Below are positions 46,054-57,900 of a stretch of DNA of 64,000 nucleotides, piece by piece. The DNA is taken from NCBI GenBank assembly GCA_905178155.1, contig CAJINV010000004.1, forward strand, positions 528,969-592,968, in the 5' to 3' direction. The DNA is from Amoebophrya sp. A120. Taxonomy: Eukaryota > Protista > Dinoflagellata. Numbering within the stretch: position 1 is the first letter of the stretch; every line of letters begins with the position of its first letter. The position numbers were made by a program, and so were the translations under genes. Below the pieces are notes generated by a model that saw nothing but the letters and a program-made list of their open reading frames with translations, was not told the DNA's origin and did not search any database.

Positions 46054-49000
46054 ATGAAGCTGACCCCCTACTTGCGCGCAGGCGGTCCGTTGTGCGCCGC
46101 CGGGCTCTATTTTCCACAATCCTGGTGGTCGGCCGAGGGTGTGCTTGTGTCAACGGACAAGGGACAGCATGAGAAGAAGCTTCGTGTCGAAACAAAAAGT
46201 GGTAAAGCGCACGCCGCTGCCCACCAGCAGAAACACAAGCACAAGCACAAAAAGCATCGCGGAAGGAAGAAGCGCCATACTGGAAGAGGAACTGCAGAGG
46301 AAAGTGAAAAAAAAGAAATTCCTGGAGTAGAGGAGGCGACTTCTAGCACAGCAGAAGCTCCTGCAGATTCATCTCCCGAGGACGGCGGTCGTGCAGCAAA
46401 GAGCGACACGGGTATTAAGTCTGCTGCAAATGACGAACGCGACGACCAGGACCTCGGTGACAAATCTTTCCTGCAGGAAGAAGTGACGCAGGAGGAAAAG
46501 GAGGAAGAATTAGCATCAAGAAGGCAGCAGGAAGAGACCGTCGATACCCAATCGAAATCCGCAACCGAAGCAGAAAGTGAAGATAAAACCGAAAACGAGG
46601 CCACAATTAAGAACGACGCGGCCAAGGAAGAAAAGAACGAGAATGACATCAACCGTTTCAGCGAGGAACTGGCAGCCGGAAAGAGCTATCTATTGCAAAA
46701 GTAGTGTGCTCGTTGTACCAAATTGCAATACAGCATAAAACAGGATCTATTTTTTGCTGACCCTAATCTGCACGACGAATTCCATTTGTTCTTGAATACA
46801 TTGTAGATAAAATTATAGGTACCAATTAACGTTGTAGACTTTTGCAATGCATAACGGCGGAACTAGAAAGAGGAAAAATTACGTGGACATTACGGAGCAA
46901 GGTAAAGAAAACAAACCCAAGAATGTATCCTGGATAAAAACTTCCCATTTCCCGAAAGTCAAGATAAGAAATCTGCTAGACAAATCCAGAAGTTTTCCGT
47001 ATTAGGCATGATGACACACCTGGACACTTTGTGCATTAAGCCGGTTTGGAAAGAATAAAAGCCGCACCATAAATTGGCCAACTCATCCTGAATAGCGTAT
47101 TACGGCAGTAAACTTCCTCCAGACTCTCTGCGGTAGAATAAAATATACGCTCCGCATGGGGCAGTTGCGCATGGGACCCAATCTGGGCAACAAGTACATG
47201 CTCATCCAAATAATACTACGCATGACAAGTCTTGAGCGGGCGGGACGTCGGCGCTTTATTTCCTCAGGATACCGAGAGAAGAAGTGGAGCCTCGAGGAGC
47301 TGGCCGGGGAGGGAGTCCTGAGTGACGAAATGGACGCGGAACTGTATGTATGCATTGCAAAAGTATCGTACACGTACTCGTGTAAATGCATTACAAATTT
47401 TCTTAGCGTGAGAAATAAAATTTGTAATGCGGATTCAACTTAAGAAAAAGATTTGTCATGCATGACTGCAATTACTACGAATACGATACTTTTGCACAGG
47501 ATAGTATGACCGGTACATGACGGGGGAGTTTGACACGCAGCCACAGAATAAGCAACTCGTATGACAATGCACAACTCCCTCTCCTCCTCATTTGTATTGC
47601 ATGAACAGCAATACAAACACCAGCACACGTGGAGCCAGTGCATGACAAATTCATGCCGCTAGTGTAGTACTGTCTGGTCTTCCGGAATCTGTCATGCAGA
47701 CAGTGCCAAAGGGAAGCACTTTGATTTGGGGTTTTGCATCACAAAAGAGGGGAAAGGGGAGTTGTGCACCCTCATAACTCGCAGAGCAGCTGCTCAACCT
47801 GAGTGACGAGGAAAAGGCCGGTGATCCGCTGACCATGGACACCTTGGCCTTCAAGCTGGACATGAAAAAGCCCGAAGTGGCCGCGTCGAACGGCGATAAC
47901 GAACCGCGATTGGTGGAAAACATGAGCGCGAAGGAAAAGAGCGACGCAGCCGTCGAGGACGCTCCTGACGGAGATGAAGATGACCGGAAGTATTATGAGA
48001 AGCTGGTAAAAAAAAGCGAAGTTGACATTGGGAAAGGTATTACTACAGCCACTGGCACCACTGCTATCCCGAGAAAAAACGGTATACAGTTACTTCCACA
48101 TTGCTTTTTGCAACTTCATCAACAACACAAACTTTCTCTGCATGACAGAGAAAACTGGCAACGCAGAGACCAGAAGGGAAATAAACACGTATGTTGAAGC
48201 GAGGCAGGCACTCATTTTGCGCACGAGGAAGGTAGTAAGTTGCGCCGGTCCTGCAAGACAATGTGTAACTGTATGCTATGCTTTTGTCTCGCCATAATTG
48301 CAGATGCAGCTAAACCGACGGAAGTGACGGTGCCAAAAGAGGAGAACGACGAAAACAAAGTATGCACAGCAAAACCAAAACAAGCATCGTAGTAGTTGTC
48401 GTGCTAATTGCAATATAGGGATGACAGACTTGCTTCGTAGGTTGTCCTAGAAGTACATGAGAGACTCAGACTCGGTTCTTATTTTACAAAAAAAAAAAAT
48501 GTAATAGCATCCGAATCCCTACTTCCTACAAATACCAATACGATGCTTTTCCGTATCCATACAAAGACGCAAAAGTTTACTTCAACAAAGACGACGACAC
48601 GTCGCTGGACAACACGGTCACGCTGACAGAGTATCCACAGAAAAAAAACCATCCACATCCAATTTGTCATTGTCATGCAAAAAACGTATCAAATCATGTG
48701 TTTGTCATGCAAAAAATGGATGTGGATGGTTTTTTTTCTGTGGATACAGAGTCCGACAAGACGATGAAGCTGAGTCAGGAGGAAGGATCCCAGAAGCTCG
48801 AGGAGGCGAGTGCGGAAACCCGGGGCGCGGCAAAGGCAGTCAAGCAAATGCAGGAGGAGTACAGTGTACGGGTTGGACTTCTGTTGTAGATTTATGCACT
48901 GCCACGCACGTGTTGATACAAATGCTGGTGGCATAGACATTTTTTTTATGAGGAACAAACGTTGACTTTCACTCACAACCACGTCCCGGAATCCGCATGA

Positions 49001-52000
49001 CAAGTTTTATTTTTTTCGTTGGAAAGTCAAAGTTTTGTCGTGTATTCTCAACTTCAGCGTGTGTGGCAGTGGTGAATTTGTGTTGCATACAGTGCAGACG
49101 AGCTGGCTGCGGGGAGCGCATACGACGCGTACGATTCCATGAACGCACTTAACGAGGAAGAAGATTCGGAATTATTAGATTCCGCCTACGGGAGCGACAG
49201 CGACCAGTACTCCGGTATTAGAATTAGATAACTGCATAAGATTATGACTTTCCTTGCGCGCGGGATGCACGCATCTGCAGTCAGACCACGTGGCCATGCA
49301 CAGACAGTTGGAGTCAGACGGATATCTTTATCTGAGCAGCCTTGTTTATTTTGTCATACGCTAAAAATATGCTTTCTGTTTATTTCTACTGCGTGTGGAA
49401 GTCCCAGGATTATTTGCATCAAATTTATACATAGAGAAGATGAAGATGATGAAATGAACGTACTCTATCAGGTGCAGATTTGTCATTCGCTTTGAACAGC
49501 AAGAGCGACCAACCGAACGTGACCGCGGCCGTTCCTGCGCTCGGCAGCGGGATAAACGCGACAACGCCTGCTGGTATCAAGCGCAAATATGTCTGGGGCT
49601 GGGAAGCGACTTCAAAAGTTGTGATGTTGTTTGTAGTCAGTCGTACAAAAATCTGTCATGCGCGTCGAGTATGTGAAGCTGGCCACTTTTGGCCTCGACG
49701 ACCACATGCGAAGTTATAGGCATTGCAAGACTCATCATCTCGGCCCCGCATTGCAAACGGATTTTCCGGGCCGCGACAAACCTGTATGACAAACGAACCT
49801 TCTGCATTTTTCCAAAACCAGGCGTTGTTGCACGTTATAGGTACTACTCCGTCCATCCCCGGTCTCAACCCGTTGAACCCTGCGAACCCAGGACTGCAAG
49901 CCGGGCTCCAAGCCGCGCTGGGGGGCGCCTTGAATCAGACCGGGCCCGGGCAGCCGGCAATTCAGCAAGCGTTGCAAAACGCGCAGGCTGCTCTTGGAGC
50001 AGCCGCGACCCCCCCGCCAGTGCTGAACATCACGGTGACACCGGCGCCGGTGTCTCTCGAAGACCAAGTGAAAAAGCTGACCGAGCAGGTAGCGCAGAAC
50101 ACGGCGGCGCTCTCGAACGGCGCGAACGCCGTGCCCGCTGTTTTTCCGCCCCCAGGATCCCTCCGCCCCATCGTTCTCAGCCCCCTTACCGTGGCCCCGC
50201 CGCCGCCACCACCGCCTCCTGTTGTGGTACCAGCGCCGGCGCCGGCCACCCCACCTCCACCCAGCAGCTTCAATCTCCCAAACGGCGGCTATGTGCTGAA
50301 GACCAACGGCATGACGGTGGTGCAGCCCGGTTCGCCTTATTTGCAGGGGTCGGCGACGACAGTGGCGCCGGTGGGTGGCGCGGCCGCGCAGGTATTGATA
50401 AAAGGGATATAGTTTTATCATCCGGTTTGTTTTGTTGACTAGGACTCCTAATTCATAATTGGCGTTGTCTTCCAAGCGACCGCACAGAACGCATATGCAA
50501 TGAGCATCAACTTCTACTGCTGCACCATACGTAGAAAGTGGATAGTATCGATGTACATGCAGTTAATACGTCACTGCTTTGTATTGTTAACAGGGCGACG
50601 ATGACACGCCGCCTGCGTATTTGCAACCCCTGATCGACTCCATTGACAAGTTTACGCTGTGTGAAGTCTTTACTAACGCCACATCTTTTCCATGGGCCCC
50701 AGATGAAAAATTTGTGATGTGCTTATTGCCTGTTAATCGATAAAGATTGCATGTTGAACTTTGAATATTTGATACACGATGTGTGTCGTCCTTGTTCAAG
50801 GAGTTGCCTGGCATTTTTTTTTTGCCCTTGATCAGAAAGTGGCTCCTTTCATCACTCTGCATATGCTGGATCAAGTCACAGCAGGCCAATGCCACGAACC
50901 CGGCCGCAGCTGCCACTGGGGGAATCACGCTGGCGGAAACGAAGCGCAAGTTCTTGTCGAAATTGGACATGCACAGTTTCTCCTCGAAGACAGACGCGAT
51001 GGAAGAGTTCAAGCGAGAAGCGACAGAAGCTGAAATAGAGGGCGGGAAAGCTAGCGTGGAAGATGAAAGTACTAGCAGTGAAGCAGCGGCAGTGGCAACG
51101 GAGGCAGATGAAACTGAAGCTACTTCTACTAGCGAAGCAGATCTAGCAGACACTCACGTAAGTGAACGTGACGGAGAGGCTTTGCAAGAAGCTGAGGAAG
51201 CAGAAACAACCGGCGAGGACTCTACGCGGCTGCGGCCATCTGAACGAACCGAACTGCAGAGGAGCGAAATGTCGGTGTCGCGGCAAAGCGAGGATAGCGT
51301 GCTGGCAACACCGGCGAATGAAGAGGAGAAAGTGGGAAGTCACCACCAGCGGAGGAATGTGGCCGGAACAAGTGGGCCGACACAAGACGATGCAGCAGCG
51401 GTTGCACAGCCGTATGCAAAGGAACGCAGATTTGTGTTGAATCGAGTATAGCTATAGAGATTATGTCTGCTATGGATCAGGTGTATCGCATCTAATGAAT
51501 AAGGCGCTTCATCGGGCGAGTTGCTGCGAACCACCCAGCTCGAGGATGGAGCTCGACTTCCTTGGTTGAATGTAATAAATTTGCGTCTTGCATAGTAAGC
51601 AACTAACCGACCGCGTCGTTGGTCCGGAACAGCTGCGCAAGGCCGTCGAAATCGAGCGAGCGAAAGCGGAAGAGAAACGGCTGAAGGCGATCTTGCAGGG
51701 AACGAGTACGGAGGCAGAGCGACGAGCTGCCTATGAACTGCAAAAGTAAAAACTAGTATAAAATGCATTACAAATTTTCTCAGCACGAGAGATGGAATTT
51801 GTCAAGCTGATTTGCGTTGGGAACAAGATCTGTAATGTTGCAAGACTTGCATTTATACGAAACGAATACGATAATTTTGCAGTGGATACCGCCAGGACAG
51901 CGGCAATGCTCCACAACGCGGATGCGGCAGAGACCGAAGAGGACGTCCGGGACATCTACAAAGCCAAGTGGGATATGGACCGCTCAAGCGTTACGCTCTC

Positions 52001-52258
52001 AAGTGTTACACAAAGTTGTCATGCGAAAACACTAAAAGCGCAGGGCAGGCGAGAGATTGATTGCGCGTTTTGCATTACAAATTTGGAACGGATTCCCGTG
52101 CTGCTCAGCCCTTCCAGAATTTGTCATGCGAAGCACCTTGATCGTCTGGCGGCTCATCGTGATTTTGCATAACAAATCATGTAACAGTTGAGAACGATGC
52201 AACGTTTGAGAACGCCATATGGGAAGCGGAGGACTTGGAGCGGAGTTTTGACGCGTGA
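46054..52258 (+). CDS. Gene 3: predicted secreted acidic/basic low-complexity and Pro-rich protein (~987 aa), function unknown
   Basis: Inferred exons: 46054-46685, 46858-46924, 47276-47347, 47508-47558, 47781-48063, 48301-48359, 48566-48630, 48751-48865, 49094-49214, 49472-49573, 49844-50391, 50594-50651, 50868-51411, 51599-51730, 51893-51972, 52224-52258. This uses 13 introners and 2 GT-AG introns; 2964 nt = 988 codons. Signal-like N-terminus and an SFLQ motif. Confidence 0.78.
46687..46853. mobile_element. Degenerate introner, C-like (167 nt)
   Basis: attgcaaaagt/acttttgcaat; DR agagc/acggc. Confidence 0.78.
46926..47271. mobile_element. Degenerate introner (346 nt)
   Basis: tatcctg/caggata; DR lost; frame restored. 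Confidence 0.68.
47349..47503. mobile_element. Introner, family C (155 nt)
   Basis: DR gtatg. Confidence 0.93.
47560..47776. mobile_element. Introner, family D (217 nt)
   Basis: DR actcg. Confidence 0.93.
48065..48296. mobile_element. Introner, family J-like (232 nt)
   Basis: DR actgc/attgc. Confidence 0.8.
48361..48561. mobile_element. Introner (201 nt)
   Basis: IR aagcatcgta/tacgatgctt; DR caaag. Confidence 0.83.
48632..48746. mobile_element. Minimal introner, family H (115 nt)
   Basis: Long TIR tatccacagaaaaaaaaccatccacatcca; DR cagag. Confidence 0.94.
48867..49089. mobile_element. Introner (223 nt)
   Basis: IR cactgccac/gtggcagtg; DR cagtg. Confidence 0.83.
49215..49471 (+). other. 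Canonical GT-AG intron (gene 3); another at 50392-50593
   Basis: GT..CAG, frame restored. Confidence 0.7.
49575..49839. mobile_element. Degenerate introner, family A (265 nt)
   Basis: Family A left end; both the +5 rule and the AG at 49839-49840 are in frame. Confidence 0.78.
50653..50863. mobile_element. Degenerate introner (~211 nt)
   Basis: Right end ctgcata; frame restored. Confidence 0.55.
51413..51594. mobile_element. Degenerate introner (182 nt)
   Basis: tatgcaa..acgca.attt/aaatttgcgtcttgcata. Confidence 0.72.
51732..51888. mobile_element. Introner, family C (157 nt)
   Basis: DR ctgcc/ccgcc. Confidence 0.88.
51974..52219. mobile_element. Introner, family G (246 nt)
   Basis: DR tggga. 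Confidence 0.9.
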
Positions 52259-53512
52259 GGGAGAAGATAGTGCCGCTAAGAAAAAGACGAGCAATAATAT
52301 CAACATCCGGGGCACCAAGTGCTCGAGCTCGCTCACTGACACTGGAGAGCTGAGTCCTACAATCTCCAACGATATAATCCACCTGTGGCAGTAGAATCAG
52401 AAAGTCTCATCTGGCACAAAATGAAAAAGAACATGATGCAGCAGAAGTGGAAGTGGCAGCTAGAAGACGAGCATCAAAGAAGTCCTAAAAAAATACATTA
52501 AGGCTATACTTTGCACTACTTTTTTCACTTTACATACAACTATCGGATCACGTCCATGTCGCATGTGGCGACGATACCAGATGCAGATGGAATAAATTGT
52601 CCAGAAATCTAACGATGATCAAGAAAGAAGTGATTTGCAGACCATAATTGAAATTGAATTTAAAACCAGAACAAAAAATATACAATGCTTTTATCAGATA
52701 CAGATTCATTATCTCAACTAACAAAGAAAATTATCCGAGAATACAGCCATCATGCTGATGTTTTTTATGAAAAATGTTTCAGCCACAAAAATGTTGTGGA
52801 TAAAGATATTGCCGAAAGAACAAACGCATTGAAAGAGGATCAAATTCCTTGAAATGTCATGTACAATGTTTACAGCGTAAAAGATATTCAAACAAAAACG
52901 GAACTTTTTCATGCATGCCAGGTGCCCGTAGCTCCTATGCTTGTGCTTCAATGGGTAAAAAACGAGCACAAAAAATGCAAAGACGGCACAGTAGGTGCAG
53001 GGTGAAAATCCATTGGGTCAGTATTCCCCTTCGCAGTTTCGTTCTTCTCTTGAAGCTGGAGCTGCAATAAGTACAAAAACAAATCGTTGGCCGCAAAAAT
53101 GATCGCTGTCGTTTTCATTTCTGGAAGGTGCATCAGGGGGCGACTATCAGAGACCGCAATACGTAGTTGTGTAGAGGTACTAAAAACAACTCGCGGCCAG
53201 GGATGCAGCTACAGAAATGGAACACAGGAGGACGAGTGCGCGTCTGCGCGATAAGTTTAAATGATTTCTGTTTGTCACGGCGGGGGGTTCGGTGCTGATG
53301 AGATACTGTCGACTGCGCGCTCATACTTATCGTGATTACGACAACGAGAGTAAATTGATGAAATTGTATGAAAGAAAAAGAGACAGAGAGCGATCAATGC
53401 GCCGCAAAATTAGGCACGGGTCAAAAATTTGCGCAGCTCAAATCAGCACCAGCACAAAAAACGAAAGTATTTGCTTCTTAATTTTTTTGGCTGCAGTTCT
53501 GAAGAGCGTTGG

Positions 53513-54909
53513 ATGCGATGCTCTGCGTCCAATATGTGGGCTGACGAGCAGCAAGTACTCCCGTCTGTTCATATTTTCTCCAAAGTATTGACTTGCCAGC
53601 ATGCAACGGGGGCCGGCTGTCAGCAGCAGCAGCTCCTGCAGCCTGCCGGCCTCAACGAACAGGAACAGGGACGACCAGCAGCTGCAAGATCAGTGCCATC
53701 AAGTACGTCTTCAAAATTCATCCAGGATTACGAGCGGCGGTGTGGTCCTTATGAATTACAAATATGACAGGGTGTAGATCTCTGTGTGATGCGAAATGTA
53801 ACGTAAGTAGCAATAGCTGTACATCACCAAGATCTGTATGGCAAGAGGGGGACTTCCACGTCTGGGCAGTTTTTTTGTAGTGGTGCAGGGACGCACTGAT
53901 TTGTATGTAATCTTACCACACAACCAAATTCGCCATGAAATTATTATCTGCAAAACTTGTGATGCGTTTTTGCCGTCGTACAAATAAACAAAGGCCGCAT
54001 TGCCATGCAAGGCTCCGCATAGTGGCAGGTGGTCACGTTCATGATGTTTTTTCCAGACCTCCACCCAGACATGTTTGCATTTGATTGCCGCGCAAAAGAA
54101 TCGTCCTCCATGTGGTCGAGGGCAACCAAGGCTCGTGCTGCGTTTCAGGAACCTTTCTACTCGCGCAACGTCTTCAACATCGGTGGAGCTGGAGGCTACA
54201 TACGCATTGCAAATTTTGATTCCCGTAGTACACGATTTTGTACGTCAAAATGATACAGACAACGTTCTCGCTAAGAACGTAAACAAAGCGTGAAGAAACT
54301 TGTCATGCTGAACAATTTTAGCTTTGCATACGAATTTTGATGATGTTTTCAACAGGAGTAGAAACTTTGTCACGCGTTGACACCGTTCGGACGCAACATC
54401 GTGTGCGATACAATTACTGTGGATACTGTAGGCAGATCACCTGTGCTCTGCGGGGAGGTGGAGATGATGATGAAGAGGTGCCCACCAGAAAAATCGCAAC
54501 CATCCAGGACAACCACGACAACATCGCGAAAATCTACCGTGGAGCCCGACGCTCTTCCCAAGAAACCTTATCCCGGAAAAATCGGAGGCGTATTGCACAC
54601 CCCGCGCGGTTCAAGAAGCAAGAGCTGTTTCATCAACGTCGGAACCACCTTGCAAGGACGCCGCGGCGTCGGAATGAAAAAGACAGGAAAGGAGCGAAAG
54701 CGACTCTACTTTCCATCAACTGGGTGCATCGCAAAAGTGCAAATGCAAAAAAAGAGACAGCACGACGACGCACAGGAGGAGGACGAAAGTGGTGCTTCAG
54801 TCCGCGCATCGGCAGCTTCTTGTTCACGAACAAGCGTACTAAAGCCGGGCAACGATTATCTGGAAAAATGGAAAATGAATGTAAAAACTCCAAGCGGCTT
54901 TGCTTTTGA
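53513..54909 (+). CDS. Possible small hypothetical protein (~274 aa), or spliced 5' leader of gene 4
   Basis: Removing introners 53750-54086 and 54201-54425 (+5 nt each) joins three open frames ending KRLCF*. It overlaps the 5' ORF of gene 4 in another frame, so the model is ambiguous. Confidence 0.25.
53750..54086. mobile_element. Degenerate introner, family A-like (337 nt)
   Basis: Right end cccagacatgtttgcatttgatt. Confidence 0.65.
54201..54425. mobile_element. Degenerate introner (225 nt)
   Basis: tacgcattgcaaa..gtggata; DR ctaca/ctgta. Confidence 0.55.
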
Positions 54910-57900
54910 TTACAGAAGTAGACCTCAAGAAGCGAAACTGCGAAACGAGGAGGACATCGCGCAAAGAGCTTCCCAGAGAAGCCCGAACATCCACGACCCG
55001 CAGTATTATGGCGCTCTTTCGCGGACATGGACAAAAACATCAACGGCCAGCTGTAAGCTTCGCTGCTGCAAGAAGAGATCCACTAGTACAACGAGGACCT
55101 CCACACGGCAGCACCAGGTAAAGGAGCGGCGAAGCAAAGCAAAGCTTGCCACGACTCCACCCTCTGCTGGTTGTCCACCTGCAGATTCTTACGCGGTTGT
55201 AAAGGATTCGATTGTGAAAAATTTTCTGAAGGCCAAGAAAGTGAGGAAAAGCATCAAAGCAATTTCGTCGCTTTACCTGCTCCTGTCCGGCGCAACGATG
55301 CTGCAGAGCTCTTTTGCCGTCGTTCTTCAACACCCGGAAGACGACGCGGCAGAGGACTTTGGCGTATTCATTGCACAAGCATCGTAACTGGTAGAGCACA
55401 AACTGGATTAGGATTAGGATTTTAGTTACTCTTACAAATTTTCTCAGTATGGAAAATCAGCAAAATGGAGTTTGTCATTCTGGTTTACCTCGAGAAGGAC
55501 AAGGAGATAGATTTGCCATGCCTATCCACAATGAAAGCAATGCGAGTGCGATACTTTTGCAGTGGATACGGGGCCAAGTTTTTTGAGAACGTGCTCGACG
55601 AGGAGAGCTATTCGCCCACGACGACTGGCGGGTCTTCAATTGATGCCGGCAGTCTCGCTTTCGACCAGCAAAGCTCCGACGATGTCAGCCCCGACCCCCC
55701 CTACTCTCTGCTGCAGCAGCAGTGGTCGAGTGGTGGGAGGAAGCCACATGAAAATTTGAACTTGCTCAGCATTCAAAACCAAGCGAAAGCTAGCGGCGCT
55801 ACTTCGGTTGAACAAACATCAAGCGAAAGGACAAGTAGAACTGCTGCAGCCTCGGAAAGGAGCAAAGCAGAGATGAAAACTTCTACTGCTGCAGCGCAAG
55901 AGCAGACCGAAATAAACAAGAAGCGAACAGCAGCGAAAGACGAGCAAGATCCGGCGGAAGTGGGTGGCTTTGAAGCAGATCAACAGCCTTCTAGTAGCGT
56001 CCCTTCCGCCGTAGAGCTACCAAGTGCTCCTTCCTCTGCGGCATTATCTCCAGGACTGCTCGGATTGGAAGCTGAGACCTACGAGGGGGAGGGTGGAGGA
56101 CTGGGGATGTCTAGCGGGATGTTCAATGTCACGGCTGGCTCAAACAGCACGTCGACGTCTACCAGCACGTCAACAACTACTACGACCACAACCTCGACGA
56201 CAACATCGACGTCGACCACCACCTCGACCACGACCACGAGCAGCACCACAACGTCGACCACGACGACAGACAGCTACCTCGGGCAGAACGGACAGGCGAC
56301 GGTCGCACTCGGCTCCGTGCCCGTCGCAACGATTGCCCAGAAAACGCCCACCGGGGTCGGGTTTACCACGGTACTGGCGCCCAATGCGTTCGCCGGACAG
56401 GTCGTGACTGCTGCGGCAAGTGCAGGAGGAGCAGCGGGACAGCCGCAACAGCAGCAACAGGGCGCCAACACCCAAAATAGCCCGCAGATGGCGCAACAGC
56501 AGCAGCAGCAGCCAGGATCTTATGGTATGCAGAACTCCATGGGAGCTGCTGCTGGCACCGGAGCCGGTGTTGGCGGTCCAGCAACGCCGGGAAGCAGTAT
56601 GCAGAACAGCATGGCCGCGAATTATCCTGCTCCGAACTCTGCCAATTCTGCTGGGCCAAATGCGGCCGCAGTTGCTGGAGCACCTGGTGCTTCGCCTTCG
56701 TCAGGGCAGTACCAGTACAGTTCTTCGGGGACGCTGTCTGCATCTCCCGCTGCCGGAGGTCAGGGAGGAACCACGTACTCACAATCCGGGACGACTACGA
56801 TAAATGCAGGAAACGGAGGAGCTGGGGCCACGGCGACCGGAGCCGCCGCAAGCAACCCCACGACGACGACCGGCCAGCCGCAGTACTTTGGCAGCCCCTC
56901 AAGTAGTCCAGGAGCGGCGAGCGCCGGACCTGGTAGCGCTCCACCTTCAGCGATGGGCAATGCAAACAACAAGAATTTACCCCTCGCCTACTCTGGGGCG
57001 AACCCTAATACAGGTGGACCGGGATCGACGTCAAATGCCGGTGGTTCTGCTGCTGGGACCGGCGGCGCACAGCAATCGCAGCAGCTGTCAGGACAGGCAC
57101 AAACAACCGCTTCCGCGACTACAACGGCTGCAACGACGTCGAAAAGCTCTAGTGGAAAAACAGCAAGCTCGACAACCAGCACCACGAGCACGACGACAAG
57201 CACGACTACGGTGTCGACCACTCCGAACGCGACGTCTCTTTTGCAGCCCCTTGGTATTTATGCAGTGCAAATATGGTTGGGTCTGGAAAGAATGGAATAT
57301 TTGTGATGCCAACTCTCGATCATACCAAAATTTGTATTGCTTTCCTTTCGCAGCAGAAGGTACTACGCGGATTCCTGCTGCCGGAGAAGGCATTTCTAAT
57401 GCAGAATAGGCAAGTAGAGAAACAGAAATCATTCGCAAAACCTCTACTCCTGAAAGAGCATGCATTACAGACATCGGAGGTCATGCAAGATTTGCATGAC
57501 AGAGGTGAGTCAGCCAACCTGCAGGACGCAGAAATATTTGCAATCCATAGTACTCAGCACGAGCGCGACGTGTACGATCGGATTTTTTACTCCCAGTCCG
57601 TGGCGGCCTTGCCGACCGAGGTGGTGTTTTTCGGCCCCGAGGGGCTGGATGTCTGCGGCACGGTGTCTTCCTCGCTCTCCCAGGAGGAGTGCGAGAAACA
57701 GAAATTCATCAACGGGGAGCCGCTGCATTGGGAGGGCGTGGTGCGGATGGACAATTTTCCCCCGGGCTATGCCTTGTAAAATCCGTATCGTGCTACTAGT
57801 ACTAGCTGTAGTTGTAATTTTCGCACTTCTGTAAATTTGCCAAGCATGAGCATGAAGACCACAAGCGGAATTATTTGGTATGCCGAGCTCGGTCAGATGA

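Noticed and set aside
52188-52394. ORF 52188-52394 as the last exon of gene 3
   Set aside because: Excision at DR tggga places the exon in another frame ending at TGA 52256-52258.
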